Source of the DNA: Amphiscolops sp. MND2022
Taxonomy: Eukaryota
Length of the DNA stretch: 64,000 nt
Reading direction: 5' to 3'
NCBI GenBank assembly: GCA_964187785.1
Contig: OZ076409.1
Location: 37,884,001-37,948,000 of the forward strand
The notes under the pieces are model-generated. The model worked only from the letters and a program-made list of their open reading frames with translations, was not told where the DNA came from and did not search any database. Below are positions 53,425 to 64,000 of this stretch, one piece after another. How positions within the stretch are numbered: the stretch's first letter is position 1; each line of letters opens with the position of its first letter. A program made the translations under genes and the position numbers.

Positions 53425-56400
53425 CCCAGTGGAGGCGAGGTTGTTGCAGTTACACTGCCGAGAAGCGAGGAAAATGTGTATAGAAAGATAAGAATTTTCA
53501 GCAATAAAATTTTCGTTTTCCGTTCTGTTGACAAAAGTAGTCTTTGTTGTGTTCAACGTATTTCATATTTGGCATCTCCACGACACGTGGTGCCTTACAA
53601 TGCTACTTGTCACTTATCCATCAATCTGCAAGCCAACGCGACGTTCCTGCTGAATAAAAGCGATGTTCTACTTTAACAATTTACAAAGAAAAGTGGAAGA
53701 GTTTCAACATTAGAAGTAATAGTTCATTACAGTGATTAATGCCTTATAATCTCCAATAACACTCCAAATAGTGAACGTAACTGCCTCGTTATGTGGAAAT
53801 GGGTGGAGAGAATTGTAAAAAAAGAAAGCTCTGTTGTGACCGAGGTGAGATGCGAAGATGACGGGACTGGCGAATTCCAAATATTGAAATTATTCACAAT
53901 CGGACAGAAAAATTTTTGTGGAAGGAATTGACTGCTGGAAATTTTTGAAGTATTTTTGTGTGCCATGTGTTTGCCCAAATAATTTTCAGATAGGATAGAT
54001 TTATTCCGTAGTTTTGAACCTTTCCTATCACAAGTGGCTGACTTAAATGCATTAGAAATACATACACTCCAACTCCATTTCCTTTTTTTGCCCTATGTCA
54101 CCACTGTGGAAGACATCAACGTATGATGTAACGTACTGTCTGGTGGAGGTATAGAGGATTTCGTGGAACCAATAGGGGTAGCCACTCATTGGTTAGATAA
54201 ATGTACGTTCCACATACAATTCATATGTTTCAAGTTAGTTTTTATGGTATTTTTAAGCGTCACAAGGAAAGATTTATTTATTGAACACAATGGTGGTCAT
54301 CGTATAGCGAATAGAAATGCTCATGTCCTGAATTTATCAATTAATGTGAGAAAGGAAAGTTCAATGAAAGTGTCCCCGCCTATTTTGAGAGTAGAGGAAC
54401 TCCTGGTTTTTGGTGTTTGTAGTGTTAGCCTTCCAAGTTGGCCGAAGGCCAACTTGGAAGGCTATCACGAAAATTTTTTATAAGCTCTTTATAAAAATGC
54501 AAGTTTCAGTTATAAAGTCTTTATAAAAATGCAAATGAAATCTATATAGTCTGCGAAATCCAAGTACTGAAAAACGTATTGAGAATTTGATTACCTGCTG
54601 TGAAGTTGATTCGGTCTTTGCTAATGTATCTTTTAATGAACATTGCGTTGTAAAACATATGACACTTTTCAGCCCTAACAAAGGAGTTTGGAACAACAGA
54701 AAGATTGTGCACTTTGAAAAAGATACACAGTTGATAAACCGTACTAAATTGAACTGCTCATTGATGTTTACACTATCAAATTTTTGAGTTAGAGTGCAAA
54801 AAAACCGTGACAAATTCTTAGTACTTTGGTAAACTTTGTGTTACACAATGCTTTATGCGCCATATTTTTCCCATACACCCCTGTATGGACCTCATATTCG
54901 CAACAATGATACTATATTAATAGTAATTGACGGGAATTAGCTTAGATTGTTATATATTCTGTTTCTATTGTGAAAATGTGTCTTCGAAATTTTCAGTTGA
55001 AAGTTGAATTTTTCTTTGCAAAACGTGTTATCGTGGCTCACATGTCACTAAAGCATTTGATACCAGTCATGTATCTCTTTTTCAGTATTTTGGAGGCCAC
55101 AGGTTACGTCAAACACAATAATGTTGTTCAAAACACGAGAAATCAGGTTTCGACCTGACAAAAATTGGGTTATTGGGGAAAAAATTTTTATTGTTACGAA
55201 CGAATGGGATAAAAAATGTGTCCAGACCAAGCATGGTTGTATTATAAACACTTTTAATGACTATAAACGAGTTGTTTGTTGTCAGTGAGGTCGTTGTTGA
55301 GCGTTAATACCATAACCGACAAGCACCGATTAAAAAACGTGGAATGGAATATGACACATACCATGATTTTTTGAGAAGTTTCTCTTCTTATCAGTACTTT
55401 TGACATGTCGAAAGTCCTTGCATTGATTTTACAAGTCTCATATACATCTTGGTTGAGCCTCGGGTTTAGTTTTAGACCAAAAACAGTGTTGGTAGGACCG
55501 CTGATACCAAAAAAGTGGTGACACAACCGGAAAAATTCCAATGTTTAAGTCATATGTCTATTCAGTATGATATTTTTATGTACCTCAGATTCTGAAAAAG
55601 TAGCATGAAACTACTGTAGACCGTATTTTCCTAAGTAACAGTGCCACTGAGTTGCACTAAAAGCCTTTAGTTGCTGCAGAAGCTCCAATTTGTCATTTCG
55701 AGTCCACCAAAAATGTGACGTTGTATCAATTTTCAACAAAATTTGCTATCGATTAGCGAATATTGTGGCACATGACTACTCGAAGTAAGGTCCTTGTGCC
55801 TTGTCAATGCCCAGTTGTATTTTTCACAAGCCACTGGGCCAAGAGAAGTGGATATTTGATGGTTGTCGGCTAAAAATGGCGTTCCTATACTTCAAAAAAT
55901 GATTTGGAAAGCAATTTCATCTTGGAATTTTGTTTGTCAACGAGGCTTTTGTACCTCAAAATTGCACTATAACCATTGTGGAAGGTCAAAATAGGTTCCA
56001 CGTCAGCAGTACACTTGGTTGTGAACAAAAAAGAGTCTTGATTGACTGAAAAAGAACTTTAGCTGTTTTTGACTCAACCCATGAATCGATATGTAAGGTA
56101 CGATTTTCTGTAATGTAACGTCTAATGGCAGCTGATTTTTTCGACATAACTCCAAATCCACAGTGAGCACTTTCTTCACGTTATTCACACCCCGTGTTAT
56201 GCAAAAGTACATTTTAGATGGCTACTGGGCTTTAAAAACAGTTTTTGGGCACTCAAAAACATGATTTTGGAGAGAAAAAAACACGGTTCCCAATGTAATA
56301 TGTAACATAGTCTGCACGAAAACACTAAATTTTTACAGAATCATCCCACAAGTAAACTGATGGGTTTTTGAGCGTCACCATGGCCCACAAAAAATTTTCG

Positions 56401-58316
56401 ACCCATTGAGTGGAGACCGTACAGACCGTTGTTCGCGAGCAAATGAGCTTTTTGTAAGTCCGAGTCGCCTGAAAAAATGCTATGTAACCCATGTAAGCAC
56501 TTTTATCACTCCCTGTAGCAACTGGTGAAAACTTTTTATCACCATTTGGTAGGCCAGTGGCCGACGTTCACTTTCCAAAAGATGACCCATGTTGGTATCT
56601 GTACTGTGTCAGGAGATATACGTTCCCGAAATGTAGTTACGATGTGACAACATAACTCTCTATAACTCTCGGACTCACCTAAAAATTCCAAAATTTTTCG
56701 GAAGCACTCTACAAGTGTACTGGTGGGTTTTTGGGCGTCACCATAGCACACTGACACTTTTTGACCTTATGGTCGACGACCGTACAAACCGTTGGTGCAG
56801 CAGAAATGGGCCTTTTGTAGGTCCGAGTCGTGCAAAAAAATGCTAAATACCCCATATTGGCATATTATTCACGCCGTGCAGCAGTGACTGAAAACTTTTT
56901 ATAACCAATCGATAGACCAGTGGCCCACGTTCTTTTTCGAAAAGGTGACCCATGATGCTATCTGTACTCTGTGAGGAGATATGCAGACCCGAAATGTAGT
57001 TACGATGTGACACTATAACTCTCGGACCCACGTGAAAATTCGAAAATCTTTCAGAGGCTTCCTACCAGTGTTCTGATGTGTTTTTGGGCGCCACCATGTC
57101 ACACTGACAAATTTTTATCTTATGGTACCAGACCGTTCGGACCGTTGCTGAAGAGAAAATCACATTTTTGTAACTGCGAGTCGACATGAAAAATTGAAAA
57201 CAACACTTCTGAAAATTTTTTTCTTTCACTATGGCAGCTAAGGTATATTTTTTGCACTCAATCGTTAGACCGCTGCCCAACGTTCATTTTGATAAAGATG
57301 ACCCACGGTGCTATCTGCACTCGGTTATGAGTAACATGATTATGAAATGTTGATACAACGTAACAGATCAACTCGGACCGTGACTCAAAAAAATCAAATT
57401 TTTCCAGAGGCCTTTTAGAGGTCAACCGATGTCATTTTGGTCGTCATCATAACTCACTGACACTTTTTTACCTTATGGTCCGAGACCGTGCGGACCGTTC
57501 CTCCTGGTCAAATCATCAATTTTGTAATGGTGATACTGTTGGAAAAAACCTTTTGCCACTTTTGACCACTTTGATTGGGCCCGAGGGGAAAATTTTTTTG
57601 GACCGTTCGGTAGACCGTTGGCCGTTGATGATTTTGCAATATGTGCACATTGGCAGTATCAGCATTGCTTCATGCTGAAAATGGACTTTGAATATGTGAG
57701 TGATAAATCACATTGAATCAAAAAACCCGAAATATTGCAAATATAGGTTGAAGATGCAATTTTTCGGAAAAACGTCAGAAGTAAAAAGTTCTTAGAATTT
57801 GTTGTACTACCTGTGTGCCAAGTTTCCACGCAATCCACGGACTTTTTGATTTTTCTCATTTTTGAAACAAATTTTGGCCAAATATGTGCAAATTTTCGTA
57901 TTCGGTAAATTTTCCGCCAATATTATCCGCCATATCTCCACTCCTGTTGCGAATTGAGAAATAATTTTTGGCATGTGTAAACATGACATCATTTATGCCT
58001 CGCACGCAAAAAATGGGCCAAATGCATAGCGTAAAGTGTGGAGCTGCTGCGTGAAAAATGCGAAAAATGGCCAAAAAACACGATCATTTGCACATAACTT
58101 TCCAACAAATGTTTCAATCATGATACGTCAGGAGAAAAAAGTTCTTAGAATTTAATTCTATGTATGTGTGCAAAGTTTCATGGAAATCTAACGGTTAGTT
58201 TGGAAAATCGCTTGTTTTTCTCCCGATCTCACATAGATGCATTTTGTATTTAGCGCTCGGCTCCGGGACCCTCCCCAGGCCTCGCAATAGTTCATGTGGG
58301 GGACCACCCCGGACCA
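53425..58316. mobile_element. Array unit U10, long class (4892 bp), third left-arm type
   Basis: Starts CCCAGTGGAGGCGAGG; colinear with U12. Confidence 0.75.
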
Positions 58317-59352
58317 CCCAGTGGAGGCAAAGGTACAATCACGAGAAAGGCCGTAATGACATTGTAGAGGTAAGCAATGAGGCGGAACTCACAGGATAAC
58401 GACCATCAATTGTTATGCATTGTACAAAACTTGCTCAAAACGGCTTTCTTTCATCTGCAATAATTCATCCTATAACGCACGCGCGAACCATCACAGGTGA
58501 TGTACAGGCAATGTAGTTTGTCTTCACCGTTCTTCCTCCGAACTGCTTCGCGGTCCTCCGGAGAACGGTGATGTTGTTACTTACAATTGAACAAAAATAC
58601 ACTTACACATTCAGTTCCAACAACTGAAGCAACAGTTCAGTATTGTCTCAATTACCTTTTCTGACCTCTGAAACCCCTTTAATTGTCACCGTAAGTGCAG
58701 AGTCACTTCTTTTTTGCGTTCAAAATGTGAAAAAGCATCGAAAAATGAGAAAATCTTTTTTTTGAAAAAATTCTAAATTTTTAGAATTTTGGTAGAACTT
58801 TTGTAGAACTTTTTATTTTTTATTTTTTTTATCCTGACCACGCGATGTTGAAACCACCTCGAGTGTACTGCTACCGCTCCATTAAACACCATCTCATACA
58901 AAGTTCGGAAGTTATGACGCGATGACCGGAGAATTCACAATTTTCCACTACTTTTTCTACTACTATCTCCCAGCCTAGTGTCACCAGCCTAATGATTTTT
59001 GGCATGCAAACACCTGACATCATTTATGCCTCGCATGCAAAGTATCAGCCAATTGTATCCACATGCTGCAGATATCGCAGCGAAAAAGTACCGAAACAGG
59101 GTGAAAAAACCGATCATTTGCTCATAACTTCCCGCCAAGTAATAGGATCATGTTTGACCAGCAGAACATCATTTGTACATCGGCAAGATAAGTACACATG
59201 CAAAGTTTAAAGAAGTTTTATCGGTTCAATTCGAAAATCGCCGTTTTTTGACTGGTATGCTAAAGGATATAGTACGACACGCGAAAATTAAGCTCGGCAT
59301 CGGGACCCTCCCCGGCCTCGCACTAAATAATGTGGGGAACTACCCCGGACCA
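58317..59352. mobile_element. Array unit U11, short class (1036 bp)
   Basis: Right half is homologous to U0. Confidence 0.72.
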
Positions 59353-62300
59353 CCCAGTGGAGGCGAGGTTGTTGCAGTTACACTGCCGAGAAGCGAGGAA
59401 AATGTGTAGAGAAAGAAAAGAATTCTCAACAATAAAATTTTCGTTTTCCGTTCTGTTGACAAAAGTAGTCTTTGTTGTGTTCAACGTATTTCATATTTGG
59501 CATCTCCACGACACGTGGTGCCTTACAATCCTACTTGTCACTTATTCTCCATCAATCTGCAAGCCAGCGCGACGTTCCTGCTGAATAACAGCGATGTTCT
59601 ACTTTAACAATGTACAAAGAAAAGTGGAAGAGTTTCAACATTAGAAGTAAATGTTCATTATATTGATTAATGCCTTATAATCTCCAATAACACTCCAAAT
59701 AGTGAACGTAACTGCCTCGTTATGTGGAAATGGGTGGAGAGACTTGTCGAAAAGAAAGCTCTGTTGTGACCGAGCTGAGATGCGAAGATGACGGGACTGG
59801 CGGATTCCAAATTTTGAAAATATTCACTATCGGACAGAAAAATTTTTGTGGAAGGATTTGACTGCTGAAAATTTTTGAAGTATTTTCGTGTGCCATGTGT
59901 TTGCCCAAATAATTTTCAGCTGAAATAGATTTATTTCGTAGTAGTGAACCTTTCCTACCACAAGTGGCTGACTTAAATGCATTAGAAATACATACACTCC
60001 AACTCCATTTCCTTTTTTTTGCCGTATGTCACCAGTGTGGAAGACATCAACGTATATTGTAACGTACCGTCTGGTGGAGGGGTAGAGGATTTCGTGGAAC
60101 CAATAGGGGTAGCCACTCATTGGTTAGATGAATGTACGTTCCACATACAATTCATAAGTTTCAAGTTAGTTTTTACGGTATTTTTAAGCGTCACAATGAA
60201 AGATGTATTTATTGAACACTATGGTGGTCATCGTATAGCGAATAGAAATGCTCATGTCCTGAATTTATCAATTAACGTGAGAAAAGAAAGTTGAATGAAA
60301 GTTTCTCCGCCTATTTTGAGATTAAAGGAACTCCTGGTTTTTGGTATTTGGAGTGCTAGCCTTCCAAGTTGGCCGAAGGCCAACTTGGAAGGCTATCACG
60401 AAATTTTTTTATAAGTTCTTTATAAAAATGCAAGATTCAGTTATAATGTCTTTATAAAAATGCAAATCAGATCTATATAGTCTGCAAAATCCAAGCACTG
60501 AAAGACGTATTGAGAAGTTTGTTAGCTTTTGTAAAATTGATTCAGTCTTTGCTAATTTATCTTTTAATGAACATTGCGTTGTAAAACATATGAATCTTTT
60601 CAGCCGTAACAAAGGATTTTGGAACAACAGAAAGATCGTGCACTTTGAAACATATGCACAGTTGAATAATCGTACTAAATTGAACTGCTCATTGATGTTT
60701 ACACTATCAAATTTTTGTCATAGAGTCCAAAAAGTACAGTGAAAAATGCGCAGTACTTTGGAAAGTTTTGTGTTACACAATGCTTTATGCGCCACATTTT
60801 TCCCATACACCGCTGTATAGACCTCATATTAGCAACACTGATAGTATATCAATAGTATTTGACGGGAAATAAGTTACTTTTTATGAATTTTGTTTTTATT
60901 ATGAAAATATGTCTTCAAAATTTTAACTTAAAAGTTGAATTTTTCTTTGCAAAACGTGTTATCGTGGCTCACATGTCAATGAAGCATTTGATACCAGTCA
61001 TGTATCTGTTTTTCAGTATTTTGGAGGCCACAGGTTACGTCAGACACAATAATGTTGTTCAAAACACGGGAAATCAATTTTCGACCTGACAAAAATTGGA
61101 TTTTTGGGGAAAAAAATTTGCTTGTTAACAACGAATGGGATGAAAAACCTGTCCAGACCGAGCATGGTTGTATTATAAATACTTTTTATAACTATAAACG
61201 AGTTGTTTCTTGTCAGTGAGGTTGTTGTTGAGCGTTAATACCATAACCGACAAGGACCGATTAAAAAAGGCACAATGGAACGTGACAAATAACTGGAATT
61301 TTTGGGAAATATCTCCTGTCATCACTACTTTTGACATGTCGAAATTCCTTGCAATGATTTTTCAAGTCTGGTATCCACCTTGGTTGATCCTAAGGTTTAG
61401 TGTCAGACCAAAAACAGTATTGGTGGGACCGCCGATACCAAAAAAGTGCTGACACATCGGGAAAAATACTGAAGTTGAAGTCATGCGTCTCTTCAGTATG
61501 ATATTTTTAGCTACCTCAGACTCTGAAATATAACCTTAAAAGTTCGGTAAACACCCTTTTCCTATATTACAGGCCCAGTGGGTTGCTGTGAAAGCCAAAA
61601 GTTGCTGATAAACCTCCATTTTGCTAGTTTGATTCCAACAAAAGTGTGATGTGTTATCAATTTTAGACAAATTTCACTACTGATTTGTAAATATTGTTGC
61701 CCATGACTACTCGATTTTTAGTGTATGTGGATTGTCAATGCCTAGTTGTGTTTTTCACATGCCACTGGACTAAGAGAAGTGGATAATTGATGTGTGTGGG
61801 CAGAAATTGGCGGTTGTATACGTCAAACAATGATTTGGAAACAAACTTTATCTTGGAATTTTGTTTGTCAACGGGGCTTTTGTCACTCAAAATCGTAATG
61901 TAACCATTGCGGAAGATCAATATGCGTTCAACGTCAGCTGTACACGTGGTTGTGAACAAAAAAGGGTCTTGATTGACTGAAAAATCATTTAAGCTATTTT
62001 TCACTCAACCCATATATTGATATGTGAGGTATGATTTTCTGTTGTGTAACGTCCAATGGCAGCTGATTTTTTCAAAATGACCCCAAACCCACAGTGGGCA
62101 CTTTTTTCATGTTATTCACATCCCATGTTGTGCAAAACAACATTTTATGTGGCTATTGTGCTTTAAAAACTAATTTCGGGCACTCAAAAACATAATTTTG
62201 TTGGAAAAATAACACGGTTCGCCATGTAATATCTAACATAGTGAACTGGAAAAAAACAAATTTTTTCAGAATCATCCTACAGGTAAACTGATGGGTTCTT

Positions 62301-64000
62301 GGGCGTCACCATAGCTCACAAAACTTTTTTGACCTTATGGTCGGAGACCGTAGAGACCGTTGTTGGCGAGCAAATAAGCTTTTTGTAAGTCCGAGTCGCC
62401 TAAAAAAATGGTAAGTAACACATGTAAGCACTTTTATCATTCCCTGTAGCAACTAGTGAAAACTTTTTATCACCATTCGGTAGGCCAGTGGGCCACCTTT
62501 ACTTTCCAAAAGATGACCCATGTTGCTATCTGTACTCTGTCAGGAGATATACATACCCGAAAAGTAGTTACGATGTGACAACATAACTCTCTATAACTCT
62601 CGGACTCACCTAAAAATTCCAAAATTTTTCAGAAGCACTCTACAAGTGTACTGATGGGTTTTTGGGCGTCACCATAGCACACTGACACTTTTTGACCTTA
62701 TGGTTCAAGACCGTACGGACCGTTGGTGGAGCAGAAATGGGACTTTTGTAGGTCCGAGTCGTGCAAAAAAATGCTAAATACCCCATATTGGCATATTGTG
62801 CACGCCGTGCAGCAGTGACTGAAAACTTTTTATGACCAATCGATAGACCAGTGGCCCACGTTCTTTTTCGAAAAGGTGACCCATGATGCTATCTGTAGTC
62901 TGTAAGGAGATATGCATACCCGAAATGTAGTTACGATGTGACACTATAACTCTCGGACCCACGTAAAATTTCGAAATTTGTTCAGAAGCTTCCTACCACT
63001 GTTCTAATGTGTTTTTGGGCGCCACCATGTCACACTGACAAATTTTGATCTTATTGACCGAGACCGTTCGGACCGTTCCTGAAGAGAAAATCACATTTTT
63101 GTAACTCCGAGTCGACATGAAAAATTGAAAACAACACTTCTGAAAATTTTTTTCTTTCACTATGGCAGCTAAGGTATATTTTTGGCACTCAATCGTTAGA
63201 CCGCTGCCCAACGTTCATTTTGTTAAAGATGACCCACGGTGCTATCTGTACTCGGTTATGAGTAACATGATTATGAAATGTTCATACAACGTAACAGATC
63301 AACTCGGACCGTGACTCAAAAAAATCAAATTTTTCCAGAGGCCTCTTAGAGGTCAACCAATGTCATTTTGGTCGTCACCATAACTCACTGACACTTTTTC
63401 ACCTTATGGTCCGAGACCGTGCGGACCGTTGCTCCTGGTCAAATCATCAATTTTGTAATGGTGATACTGTTGGAATATACATTTTGGCACTTTTGGCCAC
63501 TTTGATTGAGCCCGAGGGGAAAATTTTTTTGGACCGTTCGGTAGACCGTTGGCCGTTGATGATTTTGCAATATGTGCACATTGCCGGTATCTGCGTTGCT
63601 TCATGCTGAATTTGGACTTTGAATATGTGAGTGATAAATCACCTTGAATCAAAAAACCCGAAATATTGCAAATATAGGTTGAAGATGCAATTTTTCGGAA
63701 AAACGTCAGGAGAAAAAAGTTATTAAAATTTGTTCCACTACCTGTGTGCCAAGTTTCAACGCAATCCAAGGACTTTTCAGTTTTTGTCATTTTTCAAACA
63801 AATGTTGGCCAAATGTGTGCAAATTTTCGTATTCGTTAAATTTTCCGCCAATATTATCCGCCATATCTCCACTCCTGTTGCGAATTAAGAAATAATTTTT
63901 GGCATGTGTAAGCATGACATCATTTATGCCTCGCACGCAAAAAATGGGCCAAATGCATAGCGTAAAGTGTGGAGCTACTACGTGAAAAATGCGAAAAATG
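59353..64000. mobile_element. Array unit U12, long class, cut by the window end
   Basis: Colinear with U10 up to U10 position about 58069. Confidence 0.72.

Larger units (their letters stand above)
23588..64000. repeat. Head-to-tail array of 13 related units (two size classes) with precise GACCA|CC(C/T)AG junctions
   Basis: Unit starts at 23588, 24632, 25701, 30594, 35530, 40422, 45332, 50217, 51286, 52355, 53425, 58317 and 59353. Each junction is preceded by GCTCGG..CGGG(A/T)CCCTCCCCGGCCTCGCA..GGG..CC..GACCA or a variant. Confidence 0.9.

Noticed and set aside
24284..63790. The many 60-130 aa ORFs in the array
   Set aside because: They recur only because the DNA is repeated. Starts, stops and frames differ between copies and no domain is recognisable.
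23588..64000. CRISPR array interpretation of the recurring GC-rich motif
   Set aside because: The intervening sequences are 1-5 kb and homologous to each other, the context is eukaryotic, and there are no cas genes.

Overview
Eukaryotic, AT-rich window made almost entirely of mobile or repetitive DNA, with no recognisable host gene. (1) 1-16046: a decayed Ty3/Gypsy LTR retrotransposon. Its LTRs are very long (at least 1731 bp) and contain the gag N-terminus. It has a -1 frameshift site and a disabled pol. Between pol and the 3' LTR lie an antisense five-exon gene (zinc finger plus hAT-transposase-like features) and an extra sense ORF. (2) 17028-23476: a complete but frameshifted BEL/Pao element with 250-bp LTRs, a GCCC target duplication, and an intact SGNH-esterase-like ORF upstream of gag. 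(3) 23588 to beyond 64000: a head-to-tail array of 13 essentially non-coding units in two tight size classes (about 1.04-1.07 kb and about 4.89-4.94 kb). The units are joined precisely at GACCA|CC(C/T)AG, without TIRs or TSDs. Each ends in a conserved GC-rich motif preceded by a hypervariable window of about 50 nt, and the units carry conserved internal hairpins and GACCGT-rich 355-bp subrepeats. This array is the least explicable structure in the window. Identities are by-eye estimates; no database searches were run.
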